This document shows, in pieces, positions 43,149 through 52,694 of a stretch of DNA of 64,000 nt. Origin of the DNA: Desulfobacterales bacterium. GTDB lineage: Bacteria; Desulfobacterota; Desulfobacteria; Desulfobacterales; JAHEIW01. The notes under the pieces are model-generated. The model ran no database searches. It was not told the origin of the DNA and saw only the letters and a program-made list of their open reading frames with translations. The stretch covers positions 2,447,026 to 2,511,025 of the forward strand of contig CP070694.1 in assembly GCA_020353355.1 (NCBI GenBank), read 5' to 3'. The position numbers and the translations under genes are program-made. Positions within the stretch are counted from its first letter, which is position 1. The number at the start of each line of letters is the position of its first letter.

Positions 43149-44666
43149 CTATCGGCGTGCACAGGAGATTGCATAACCTCCGGTGAGCGCTTTGCTGAAT
43201 TGCAAAAAATGGGTAATGCAATCGGGAATTTCGTCAGCATGATGCGTTACAAAGAGTATATGGGTTTGGCTATGGCGGGCGATAAAATCGATTAAATCCA
43301 AAATCATTTTTCGGTTGGTGCGATCCAATCCCTGACAGGGTTCATCCAAAATCAGCAGCAACGGCAATTTGACCATGGCTCGAGCCAATAACACCAGACG
43401 TTGCTCGCCATAGGACAGCTGATTAAAAAGAGTATCTGCTTTGTCCGTCAGGTGAATAAAGTCCATCCATTTGCGGGCTAACTCCCGCTGGGCTGAGTTG
43501 CTTTGGCGATACAGTCCCACCGAGTCAAAAAACCCCGATATGACAACATCCAGAGCCTTTATCGACTTGCGATAGCGAATCTGAAATTCAGACGAAATCA
43601 GGCCGATCCGTTGTTTAATCTCCCCAACACTTTCCCCGGTGCCTTTCCGTCTGCCAAACAAAAAAATATCATTGGCGTAAGCTTGCAGGTTTTCTCCGAC
43701 AATCAGATTAAGCAAGGTGGTTTTGCCGGCTCCATTTGGCCCAATAATGGCCCAGTTCTCGCCGGATTTCATCTTCCAGCTCAGATGATCAAGGATGACA
43801 GCATTCTGATATTTAACTGTTGCATTTTTCATTTCCACCAGTACATTAGGTGGTTTCCATGTGTTGCCATCATCTGGATATTTTTGAATTGGGAACTCAT
43901 CTTCATCAAATAGATTGTCAGGATACAAACGCTGAATCTGATCAGCGCTCAGTGTATCTTCTCGCTTTCCCTGAAAAAATACCTCACCATTTTTTAATCC
44001 CATGATATGGGAAATAGGCGCTAAAATATCCGCGAGGCGATGGGTCACTAAAATGATTTGTCTATCCTGCGCCATCAGGTGATTGATCATATCTGCCAGC
44101 TTGGATCGGGAAGCAACATCAAGCCCATCAAACGGTTCGTCCAGGATGAGAAGCTGTGGAGATTTTACCAGAGCTTGGGCAATCAGTATTTTTCGCATCT
44201 CGCCGGTGGATAAAAATCGAATGCCTCTATCCATCACATCATCAAGACCGAGTTGCGCGATGATGGCATCCAATTGTTGACCAGGGATATCTAAATTTGG
44301 AAGGGCTTCGCAAATTACTTCACGCGCGGTGGTAATATCGTTTAGCTTTCCGCTAAAATAACGAGATGCATCCCGGTTTTTTTCGCGCGCGATCAGGCGC
44401 TGATGACGTTCAAAGGATACATAACATATCCGGTCTTTAAGTAACTCAGCACCATGATAGGCGATTTTTCCCCGAACAACCGGAAGTTCACCGACAATCG
44501 CACGCACCAGTGAAGACTTCCCGGCCCCATTGGGCCCGATGATCGCCCAGTGCTGGTGTCTTTTGATAACCCAATTGGTATTGGCTAAAATAAATTTGTC
44601 CCGCACCCTGATGGTGACGCCGTCGAGGGTAATAATAGCTTGATTGTCAACGTTAGCCTGGTTCAT
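43149..44666 (-). CDS. tandem-NBD ABC ATPase without permease, ModF-like
   Basis: Two ABC cassettes: GPNGAGKSS...LSTGEMRK...LILDEP and GPNGAGKTT...LSYGEQR...LILDEPCQGLD. Confidence 0.8.
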   Translation of the reverse strand: MNQANVDNQAIITLDGVTIRVRDKFILANTNWVIKRHQHWAIIGPNGAGKSSLVRAIVGELPVVRGKIAYHGAELLKDRICYVSFERHQRLIAREKNRDASRYFSGKLNDITTAREVICEALPNLDIPGQQLDAIIAQLGLDDVMDRGIRFLSTGEMRKILIAQALVKSPQLLILDEPFDGLDVASRSKLADMINHLMAQDRQIILVTHRLADILAPISHIMGLKNGEVFFQGKREDTLSADQIQRLYPDNLFDEDEFPIQKYPDDGNTWKPPNVLVEMKNATVKYQNAVILDHLSWKMKSGENWAIIGPNGAGKTTLLNLIVGENLQAYANDIFLFGRRKGTGESVGEIKQRIGLISSEFQIRYRKSIKALDVVISGFFDSVGLYRQSNSAQRELARKWMDFIHLTDKADTLFNQLSYGEQRLVLLARAMVKLPLLLILDEPCQGLDRTNRKMILDLIDFIARHSQTHILFVTHHADEIPDCITHFLQFSKALTGGYAISCARR

Positions 44667-44700
44667 GGACTCCAGTTTATAACTTTCATGTTGCCCGTGA

Positions 44701-44748
44701 TATTAGTGGTATTAGATGAACGGGTATCGCGGGTATCCGGGTATAATT
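44701..44748. repeat. GGTAT(Y) direct-repeat array upstream of the ModF-like gene
   Basis: tattagtggtattag...gggtatcgc gggtatcc gggtataatt. Three GGGTATM copies at 44722, 44731 and 44739 (9- and 8-nt spacing), plus two upstream TATTAG copies. Confidence 0.6.
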
Positions 44749-44829
44749 CAAAAAATTAACCAAACAACAGGAAGATATCAAAAACGCCATTTGGGCATCG
44801 CAGAAATAACAATTATGGCGCGACACGGA

Positions 44830-44854
44830 TTTCGGGTTTTTTTTCAACCCGAAA
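44830..44854 (-). terminator. hairpin immediately downstream of the BKACE gene
   Basis: tttcgggtt (44830-44838), 7-nt loop, aacccgaaa (44846-44854). 9-bp stem, 5 nt after the stop codon. No clean U-tract on the minus strand. Confidence 0.35.
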
Positions 44855-44858
44855 CGCG

Positions 44859-45782
44859 TCAAAATTTTACTTTATCCAATCCTTTCAGATTGAGAATTTC
44901 ACGGGCTTCATCCGGTGTGGCCGGCTCGATGCCGTGCTCTCTTGCAATCCGAATAATCTTCTCTACCTGCTGGGCATTGCTTTCCGCCATGCGACCTTTT
45001 TCCAGATAAAGATTATCTTCAAGTCCAACTCGGGTGTGCCCCCCCATCAACAGCGACGCATTGCACATCCTGAATTGGTGCCTCCCAGCAGCACAAACCG
45101 ACCACTGAAAATTATCTCCGATAAGTTCTCTTGCAGAGTTATATAAAAATAAAAGATTGTTCATCGTGGCCTGCATCCCGCCCAAGATACCGAGAACAAA
45201 CTGCAAATAGACGGGCGCGTTGACATAACCGCGGGAGATTAAAAAGGCAACATTGTTGAGCATGCCCGCATCGTAGACTTCAAATTCCGGCTTTGTGTTT
45301 TGCTCGGCGAAATATTGGCTGAATTCCTTGAGCGTCTTAAACGTGTTGGGAAAGATAAAATCTTCGCTCATACCCAGATATTGCGGCTCCCAATCGTATT
45401 TGAATTCTTTGATTTTATCCAGAACCGGAAAAAGCGCAAAGTTCATAGACCCCGCATTCAACGACGCCAGCTCCGGACTATAGGCGTTGACCACCGCCAC
45501 CCGTTGCTCGGTGGTTTGCCCAAAACCGCCACCGGTGGTGGTACAAACCACCACGTTGCACCTGCTCTTGATCTTCGACAGAACGTCACCAAACAAATTA
45601 ACGTCTGCCGTAGGTTGACCGGTTTGTGGGTTGCGTACATGGATGTGCACCACGGCTGCCCCGGCGTCACAGGCCCGTTGCGCCTCATCGGCGATTTCAT
45701 CCGGTGTTATGGGTAAACTTGACGACATGGTGGGCGTATGAATACTGCCCGTGATAGCCGCAGTCACAATAAATTTGCTCAT
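44859..45782 (-). CDS. 3-keto-5-aminohexanoate cleavage enzyme family (BKACE/DUF849) protein
   Basis: MSKFIVTAAITGSIHTPTMSSSLPITPDEIADEA...AGAAVVHIHVRNP. TIM-barrel BKACE signature over the full length. Confidence 0.9.
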   Translation of the reverse strand: MSKFIVTAAITGSIHTPTMSSSLPITPDEIADEAQRACDAGAAVVHIHVRNPQTGQPTADVNLFGDVLSKIKSRCNVVVCTTTGGGFGQTTEQRVAVVNAYSPELASLNAGSMNFALFPVLDKIKEFKYDWEPQYLGMSEDFIFPNTFKTLKEFSQYFAEQNTKPEFEVYDAGMLNNVAFLISRGYVNAPVYLQFVLGILGGMQATMNNLLFLYNSARELIGDNFQWSVCAAGRHQFRMCNASLLMGGHTRVGLEDNLYLEKGRMAESNAQQVEKIIRIAREHGIEPATPDEAREILNLKGLDKVKF

Positions 45783-45840
45783 TTTTCGCTCCTATTTTTA
45801 GATATTGTTAGAGATAAAACATCTTTTAAGACCACTAAAA

Positions 45841-46011
45841 CTAGGATTCATCAACAATCGCCACCGGTCTGGTCCAGCCTGCACTGGCACCCTTGATCTT
45901 GATCGGAAAACAGCAAACCGTAAAACCATAAGGCATACCAATCGCCGATAGGTTCGCCATTTTTTCCATATGGCAGTATCCGATTTCGATACCGGCAAAA
46001 TGCGCCTCCCA
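45841..46011 (-). pseudogene. C-terminal remnant of a putative cyclase/arylformamidase-family gene
   Basis: The minus-strand frame ending at TAG 45843-45841 reads WEAHFAGIEIGYCHMEKMANLSAIGMPYGFTVCCFPIKIKGASAGWTRPVAIVDES. This resembles the conserved C-terminus of cyclase-family proteins (GI.I.E...NL..L....F....P.KI.G..G.P.R..AI). Upstream is AT-rich non-coding DNA. Confidence 0.4.
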
Positions 46012-46198
46012 TAATTACTCCTTTCGGTTTCTAGATCTAAAAACCAGCATGACCATGTGATGATGGAAAATTTTTGTCAACTTTTTTTTTGGAAATGGAA
46101 TAGCCAATAACCTATCTAAAAAAGGATGTTTTTGACCTAAATCAAAGATTTTACTTTAATAGAGGTTTATAGAGTAAATAAAATTTTGACGAGATAAG

Positions 46199-47311
46199 AT
46201 GATCAGATTAATAAAACATTGGTCCGAAACTGCTTCAACCAGCACCCAGTTGTATCGCAGAATTGTACAATATATCTTTCTGGGAATCACCCTGCTGATC
46301 GGTATAAAGTTCACTATTTTTGTAAATCATTTGGAAAGCGGTATTCAACCAACCGTCTCCCGTCCACCCGCTATTGAAGCCTTTTTACCGATCAGCTCCT
46401 TAATCAGCCTCAAATACTGGCTGGTCACCGGTGTCTTCAATCGCATTCATCCCTCCGGCTTAATTATTTTAATCATCATATTATCCACCGCAATGTTACT
46501 GAAAAGAGGATTTTGCAGCTGGGTATGTCCATTTGGCCTACTGACTGAATATCTCAATAAAGTACACCGATGGCTATTTCGAAAGCATATTAAAATACCC
46601 CGCGGGTTGGATTATCCATTAAGAAGCTTGAAATATTTGCTGCTTTCCTTTTTTCTGTGGGCAATCATGATAAAAATGAATGCGATATCCCTCGAATATT
46701 TCATTTATAGTCCTTACAATATGGTTGCCGACATCAAGATGTTGTACTTTTTTGAAAACATCTCTGCATTTGCATTCTGGATTCTTTCGGCCATATTTGT
46801 GCTTTCCATTCTGATTCGCAATTTCTGGTGCCGCTATCTGTGTCCCTACGGTGCCCTTCTGGGAGTCCTGAGTTTGTTGAGCGTATTCAAAATTCATCGA
46901 AACGATTACAGCTGCACCCGATGCCGACAATGTACCCGCATTTGTCCGGTAGACATAAAGGTTCACGAGACCTCTTGCGTCATTTCTGACGAGTGTCATG
47001 CCTGTTTGAAATGTGTAGCCGTTTGCCCGGAAAAAGACACCCTTTACATATCCGCTTTTAAACGAAACGGAATTGTCAAGCCTTGGGTTTATGCAGCAAC
47101 AATCTGTCTGCTTTTTCTGGGGGGTTCGATGTTGGGAAGAATAACAGGCTACTGGCAGACCGGTATTTCAACCAGTGAATATCTCTTCCACATCAGACAC
47201 CTCAGCCTCCCGCTTTACCAACACAGCCGCGGACAGATTCCAGCCTACAATAAAGAAGCCTGGCTTCGGATGATGGAAGAAATAAGAGGGACTGAAAGGG
47301 ATCTGGGATAG
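46199..47311 (+). CDS. membrane polyferredoxin, NapH/MauN/YccM-like 4Fe-4S protein
   Basis: Several TM helices with CSWVCPFG and CRYLCPYG motifs, plus two ferredoxin motifs CTRCRQCTRICP and CHACLKCVAVCP. Confidence 0.75.
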   Translation: MIRLIKHWSETASTSTQLYRRIVQYIFLGITLLIGIKFTIFVNHLESGIQPTVSRPPAIEAFLPISSLISLKYWLVTGVFNRIHPSGLIILIIILSTAMLLKRGFCSWVCPFGLLTEYLNKVHRWLFRKHIKIPRGLDYPLRSLKYLLLSFFLWAIMIKMNAISLEYFIYSPYNMVADIKMLYFFENISAFAFWILSAIFVLSILIRNFWCRYLCPYGALLGVLSLLSVFKIHRNDYSCTRCRQCTRICPVDIKVHETSCVISDECHACLKCVAVCPEKDTLYISAFKRNGIVKPWVYAATICLLFLGGSMLGRITGYWQTGISTSEYLFHIRHLSLPLYQHSRGQIPAYNKEAWLRMMEEIRGTERDLG

Positions 47312-47337
47312 GCGGCTCATGGAGCCGCCTATTTTTA
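47308..47337 (+). terminator. intrinsic terminator (possibly bidirectional) between the napH-like and mscK-like genes
   Basis: ataggcggctc (47308-47318), atg loop, gagccgcctat (47322-47332), then TTTTT. 11-bp GC-rich stem. Confidence 0.75.
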
Positions 47338-47376
47338 ACAAATTTGACATCCATAGTGGTTTTGATTCAAGCTGTT

Positions 47377-50300
47377 TTATTGCGCTTTCGTAACCCCGTC
47401 TGTTTTGAGGGGTTGTGGAGGCTCGGCCACCACGCGTACCTCCAGCGGTCCGGTTGCATCCAGATGCACATCGCGCTGGGGAAAGGCAATCGTTACCCCC
47501 GCTTCTTTGAATGCGTTATCAATGGTAACGTTCAATTTATGCAGCATGGGGTACCAGTTCTCAATTCCGTTAATATATACCCGCAGTTCAAAGTCCAGAC
47601 TGTTGTCTCCAAAGCCCTTGAAGACGGCATCCGGCGCGGGTTCGGAGAGAACGTGCGGGTTTTTGCGGGCGGCCTGCAAGAGCAGTTCTTCGGCCAATTT
47701 GGTATCGGAGCCGTAAGCGATTCCAACCGGTATCCGAATCCGGATATACTTATCCGAAAGCGACCAGTTGATCAGCCGGCCGACAACAAACTCTTTGTTG
47801 GGGACGATCAACTCCTTGCGATCCCAGTCGACGACCGTCGTCGCCCGGATACGGATACGCGATACGGTTCCGCTGATGTCGCCGATCGTGACGGTATCAC
47901 CGACTCTGAACGGCCGTTCGAACAGGACGATCAATCCGCAGATAAAGTTCGCCACAATTTCCTGCAATCCGAAACCGAGGCCGACACCCAGAGCCGCAAT
48001 CAGCCACTGCAAACTTGCCCATTTGATGCCGATTGTATTGAAAACAATTATGATACCTATCGCTGTGATCGTGTATCGGCAGACGGTTGAGTAGGCGTAT
48101 CGTGCCCCGGGATCCATCGGCAAACGATTCAACAATATCACTTCCAGCAGGCCCGGCAGGTTGCGGCTGGCAATAATCGTTGTCACGGCCACAATGACTG
48201 CCATGAAGATGTTGGCCAGGGTGATGGGAACCGTTTTTGCAACTCCGTCCACCACCGTACTGTAACTCCAGAATTGGATATCCTGCAGGATGCCGAAGGC
48301 TGGAAACACAGGCTCCCAGATGGCCCAGATTCCTGCCAGCGCCAAGATGAACACAACCAGTTTCAAAAGCTTACGGGTTTGTTCATCAATCTGACTCATT
48401 TCGACGATGGTTTCCATCTGCGATGAGCGAGTGCCGCCGCCGGGATCTATGGCGGCTTCCGCGCGTGAGGTCGATTCTTGATGCAAGTTTTGATTTGCGA
48501 AAGCTTTCTTTAAAGCAATCCTGCGGCGCGCCAGTACCAGCATCCGCCGCATCAGATCGTTGAAGACTATCAAAACAAAAAAAAGCCCTATGGTATTGCG
48601 GGTGAGGTTGCGTATTTCGATGGCCGAATAAAAATAACCGATCACCGCCAGACAGAAAATAAAGAGCGGTAGAAGGATGGCCAGAGGATACCAAACGTAT
48701 CGCAGACGGCACAGCCAGCTTTGGGGCTGTTTTTCAATCAATACGGATGTGATGCCGCCCCTGAATCTCAGGGTGCGCGCTGCGAATGTGGATAGGGCCA
48801 GGGTCTGAATCATGAGGGCTAATTTAGCGAGCGCATCGCTGTATTCAAATTCAGGTACTGTTTCCATCGCCCCTATGAAAAAGGAGGTCACCGTTGAGAT
48901 CGGGATAAACCAGCCCAGATTGCGCTTGATGATCCGGCGGGCTGACTCCGGCCATTGGAAGTGTGCCTGGGCCAGACCGTATTTTCGGCAGATATTGTAG
49001 AACAGGACTAAAAAGATAAGGATACGGGTAGCATAGATTAGGCCGCCGGCAATGCCGGCGCTGAACGGGTATGCCGGACGCAGATTTGTCAATTGAATTG
49101 CCGGAAATGCCAGTAGAAACGGCCAGACAGCGGCCAGCACCACCGTCAGTCCCAGGGCTTTAATCGTCAGCAGAAAGGAATCCTCCACCTGCTGCTCGAC
49201 GCATTCAGCGATATCCTTCAGTTTTCTGCGGGCCCACCTGCGACTGACGATCAGAAACAGACCGATCAGCAAGCCGATGATCCAGATGGCGGTCTTCTGA
49301 CGGAATGACCGGTCCACATCCTTCAATAATTGGTTCCAGGAAGCCGGTTCGAAAAACCATCCCAGGGAGACTTTCAGCTTCTGGATGTCGCCGATACCGA
49401 CCGGCTTGGAGCTGCGAATCCAGAGTAGGTGGCGATCGAGCAATTCACCGAAATCCTCGGCAGTGTTGACCAGTTTCTGTTCGGTAAATTCAATATCCTG
49501 TATCAATTTGAAGATCCGGTCGTAGCCGGATGTCAATTTTTGGATGATATCGAGGCGATTGGCTACCAATTGCTGAATTTTCAAATCAAGTGGCCTGCGG
49601 TCGACATCCGAGAGAAAGCTGACGGAAGCGATCACACGATCTGCGAGGGCCTTGGGGTCGGAAAGTTCTCGCAGCAACGGACCCAGCTCGATCTGTCTCT
49701 CGCTGATTTCGCTCATTCTGATCTGACGGGCATCGGAATCCGCAAAATACTGATCGGCATTGGGCAGGTTCAGACGCTGTGTGCGCAGCGCCAATCCAAT
49801 CGCCTCGGTCAGCACGGCGGATTCAACTCTCTTTTTAGCCGTTTCAAATTCCTCTTCCAGGGCCTTCAGACGGGATTGATAATCTTCATATTTTCCTGCC
49901 AGTACGGTTTCTTCCTGGGTAATTTTTTCCAGCTCGGCACTCAGTTCAATGTTGATGTCAAATTGGTCCTGGACAATCTTGGGCAGCAGGGGAGCCTTGA
50001 CGATGGCGTCCTGGGCGTCCTCCCGTGCCTGAGCGGCTTCCTGCTGGCGGCGTTTCTGAACATCTGCCTGCCAGCTTTTCAACATTTTTTCGCGGCTTTC
50101 CACCGCTTTCTGGGCGATATCTCGCTCCGTGCTGAACAATTCGACAAGCAGATTATGGCTGCGCTGTCGCAGCTCGTTCAATTTGATTTCGGCTGTTAAT
50201 TTTTCCCGCTCGGACCTGAGGCTTAGCACCTTGGAATGATTAAGTATATCTGTCTCGGCCGCTCCGGATGTTGTTTCCAGCTCAGTTTGTATGTCTTTGA

Positions 50301-50844
50301 TCCGGCTGGTAGCGGTCGCAAGCTGTTCGGGTGCTTGATTGATGATGGCCTTCTCTGCCGTCAGGCGGTCACTCCATTCTCTTAGCCTGGTTTGAGCCGT
50401 CGCGAGTTCGGCTTCTTTCTGGCGAACTCGCTGTTCGAGATTTAACGTGCTCATTTGCTGCGCGCGTGCCTCGACTTTTTCAGGCGCCGTGAACGGCTTT
50501 TTCAGCTCGACCTGCGAGATTTTCAACCGCTCGGGGGCTGTCTGGATGAGCTGTGAAAGTTCGTTTGCCTTTTTGTTGATGTTGTCGGCCAGCTCTAAGT
50601 ACTTAATCGCCTGGTCAATATATTTCAGACTGTCGTTTTTAACCGAAGCATCGATATCCGTCATACTTTCGATCGCTATGCGCCTGGATTTTAGCTCTTC
50701 AATGCTTATGGCTGGGGATGGGGCTGTCGTTGATGGGGGGGTTGCGGTCTGCTGGGCCTGAATCGGCGGCGGTAAAATCACCGGCAGCAGATATAGCGAA
50801 CTAATGATAAACAAACCGACAAGTTTTTTCATGATGCTGTGCAT
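47377..50844 (-). CDS. large mechanosensitive channel, MscK/KefA (MscS superfamily)
   Basis: ATG 50844 (GGAGG 6 nt upstream). Signal peptide, about 480-aa periplasmic coiled-coil domain, about 11 TM helices, C-terminal MscS core (FERPFRVGDTVTIGDISGTV). Confidence 0.85.
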   Translation of the reverse strand: MHSIMKKLVGLFIISSLYLLPVILPPPIQAQQTATPPSTTAPSPAISIEELKSRRIAIESMTDIDASVKNDSLKYIDQAIKYLELADNINKKANELSQLIQTAPERLKISQVELKKPFTAPEKVEARAQQMSTLNLEQRVRQKEAELATAQTRLREWSDRLTAEKAIINQAPEQLATATSRIKDIQTELETTSGAAETDILNHSKVLSLRSEREKLTAEIKLNELRQRSHNLLVELFSTERDIAQKAVESREKMLKSWQADVQKRRQQEAAQAREDAQDAIVKAPLLPKIVQDQFDINIELSAELEKITQEETVLAGKYEDYQSRLKALEEEFETAKKRVESAVLTEAIGLALRTQRLNLPNADQYFADSDARQIRMSEISERQIELGPLLRELSDPKALADRVIASVSFLSDVDRRPLDLKIQQLVANRLDIIQKLTSGYDRIFKLIQDIEFTEQKLVNTAEDFGELLDRHLLWIRSSKPVGIGDIQKLKVSLGWFFEPASWNQLLKDVDRSFRQKTAIWIIGLLIGLFLIVSRRWARRKLKDIAECVEQQVEDSFLLTIKALGLTVVLAAVWPFLLAFPAIQLTNLRPAYPFSAGIAGGLIYATRILIFLVLFYNICRKYGLAQAHFQWPESARRIIKRNLGWFIPISTVTSFFIGAMETVPEFEYSDALAKLALMIQTLALSTFAARTLRFRGGITSVLIEKQPQSWLCRLRYVWYPLAILLPLFIFCLAVIGYFYSAIEIRNLTRNTIGLFFVLIVFNDLMRRMLVLARRRIALKKAFANQNLHQESTSRAEAAIDPGGGTRSSQMETIVEMSQIDEQTRKLLKLVVFILALAGIWAIWEPVFPAFGILQDIQFWSYSTVVDGVAKTVPITLANIFMAVIVAVTTIIASRNLPGLLEVILLNRLPMDPGARYAYSTVCRYTITAIGIIIVFNTIGIKWASLQWLIAALGVGLGFGLQEIVANFICGLIVLFERPFRVGDTVTIGDISGTVSRIRIRATTVVDWDRKELIVPNKEFVVGRLINWSLSDKYIRIRIPVGIAYGSDTKLAEELLLQAARKNPHVLSEPAPDAVFKGFGDNSLDFELRVYINGIENWYPMLHKLNVTIDNAFKEAGVTIAFPQRDVHLDATGPLEVRVVAEPPQPLKTDGVTKAQ

Positions 50845-50920
50845 ATCTCGCCTCCCGGGCACTGATGAGCTGACACTTGCGTGAGGTCAGGTGCTGACGG
50901 GCAAAATTTGAATGAGATAG

Positions 50921-50949
50921 ATAATAATAACAGTGAATTGTGTTGTCAA
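50921..50949 (-). promoter_or_regulatory. candidate sigma-70 promoter of the mscK-like gene
   Basis: Minus strand: TTGACA (50949-50944), 17 nt, TATTAT (50926-50921). Predicted leader is about 70 nt. Confidence 0.45.
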
Positions 50950-51320
50950 CCAAACCTCCGAAATTGCCGAATTGTAAGGAAATAATTCCACTTTAATTTC
51001 CAATTTAAAATAGGTCAGGTCAAAAAATTTCTGGGTTGTTTAAGATCATTCGGTTGCCGTTTGCTTTTTTGGAAATTTCTGGTATTCTATATCGTATGTG
51101 TTTTATCTAATTTTTTCATTGTCACGCAAACGCGATGGCGAGGGAGATCCTATAACGTTAACCTGCAGCCTTAGTGAATAGCAAGATCAAATTTTTCGAT
51201 ATCCTCCCACGATTACCTCAGGACGAACGATCCAGGGCTTAACGTTTTTAAAACGTACATAAACAGGCGGCAATCGGAACCTTCAAAATTCCGGCAATAA
51301 ATAATTTATAGGTGCCCACC

Positions 51321-52649
51321 ATGAAAAAGCAATTGTACGAAAAAATGGAATCCATGTTCCACCTCATAGAGCATCAATATCAAGACTCGCACCCGCTGGA
51401 GCTGATGCTCTGGCAGCTGGCCAGAGGCAATACCTATCATATGAGAGTCGTCGGTCTTGAAGGGATAAAACGATTTCGCAAAGAACATCCGGATTGTTCC
51501 ATAACCTTTAAGCCGAATCATCTCAGCGAAGCAGATTTCATTCTCCTGGGTCTGCTGTTCAGAGAAAACAAAATGAGAGTGGTCACCGAGGGCGGCGCAA
51601 ATCTGTTTATCGAGGATATCGATATTTTCCAAGATGTCATACCGAAAATTATCAATCATAATTTTAAACCCGGCGGTGAGTATCAGAGTATGAGCATCGC
51701 TAAATATCTGAGCAGCCGGGGCGCTTTCAAGGTGTACCGAGAACCTGTCGAAATTACTCAGGATGACGGTAGTATCGTCAAGCTCGGACAGAAAGAAATC
51801 CTTTCGTTGACCCGTGCATATCGATATCACCTCGTAAAAGAAAATGAGATGTATGTTACCTTTCCCGGTTTTTCAGAAGTTAAATCCGGCCTGCTCGATC
51901 TTTTGAAAAAAAATGGAATGAAAACCGGAAGAAGCTATACCGGGAAGGTCGACGGATTTCATCATCTGCCATTTCAAATGGATATTGAAGCGTCTTTGTA
52001 TACCGACGTTGATGTGTATATTGTCGATGTCAATATGGCGTATGAGCAGGTCATGGAAGACGAAAACTTTCGCGAAATCACGCGGCTGCATGATGCTGGG
52101 ATAAGCAAAAATGAGATATATATGCAAGACCTGGGGTATATCATTAAAGAATTCTGCAGTGATAAAAAGAAAGGAAACTTATCCATCAAATTTGGCCAAC
52201 CCCGTAAAATCGATACGTCCACACTAAAAGATGGCCTGGTGGGCAGAAAGATAAAAATTGCGGCTCATAAATATGCTGAGGAAACGTATAACCGGGTGCT
52301 TTCGATGCAACCCATATTCCCTGCCAATATTTATTTTAGTGTTTATGATGAGAACTTCAACGGCATTCCGGTACGCGTGATGAAAGAAAAAATTGATCAT
52401 ATGAGAGATTACCTCCGAACACTGACATGGGGCAATGAAAACCGGCGAGTAGATCTGTATTATATCATGGGATACAACCAGCAAATCGTTTCAGCGAATG
52501 AAATCATTAATCGGACATTTCAAAATTTCAATGCACCCGACAGACATATCACGGACATCGACGGGGATATGTTTGTGGTTTATAATAAGGATGTGGCCCA
52601 ACAATACAAAAATCACACCGCACATTTTTTCGAGGGCCTAAAAAAGTAA
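51321..52649 (+). CDS. GPAT/PlsB-like acyltransferase (HX4D family)
   Basis: ATG 51321. Acyltransferase block I NHLSEAD (HX4D), followed by a ...GGANLF... block. 442 aa, soluble. Confidence 0.65.
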   Translation: MKKQLYEKMESMFHLIEHQYQDSHPLELMLWQLARGNTYHMRVVGLEGIKRFRKEHPDCSITFKPNHLSEADFILLGLLFRENKMRVVTEGGANLFIEDIDIFQDVIPKIINHNFKPGGEYQSMSIAKYLSSRGAFKVYREPVEITQDDGSIVKLGQKEILSLTRAYRYHLVKENEMYVTFPGFSEVKSGLLDLLKKNGMKTGRSYTGKVDGFHHLPFQMDIEASLYTDVDVYIVDVNMAYEQVMEDENFREITRLHDAGISKNEIYMQDLGYIIKEFCSDKKKGNLSIKFGQPRKIDTSTLKDGLVGRKIKIAAHKYAEETYNRVLSMQPIFPANIYFSVYDENFNGIPVRVMKEKIDHMRDYLRTLTWGNENRRVDLYYIMGYNQQIVSANEIINRTFQNFNAPDRHITDIDGDMFVVYNKDVAQQYKNHTAHFFEGLKK

Positions 52650-52694
52650 AATTTCAACATCTTGTGAGATGAACAAAATCGGGTGGGAGATGCC

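Noticed and set aside
45798-45998. 66-aa minus-strand ORF from the track
   Set aside because: It has an Arg/Trp-rich, improbable composition. The two other frames of the same segment carry, respectively, the RBS+ATG and the cyclase-family similarity.
46090-46105. Weak sigma-54-like element TGGAAATGGAATAGCC upstream of the napH-like gene
   Set aside because: The GG/GC spacing is right, but the conserved GGCA and TTGC cores are both degenerate (GGAA and TAGC). It is likely a chance match in an AT-rich spacer.
49429-50199. 256-aa plus-strand ORF
   Set aside because: It is antisense to the coiled-coil region of the MscK-type channel gene. Such codon-biased Q/E/L/K regions typically keep the opposite strand open. 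No RBS or motifs.
51306-51830. 174-aa minus-strand ORF
   Set aside because: It is antisense to the 5' half of the HX4D acyltransferase gene, which has the recognisable motif and a proper start. No independent support.
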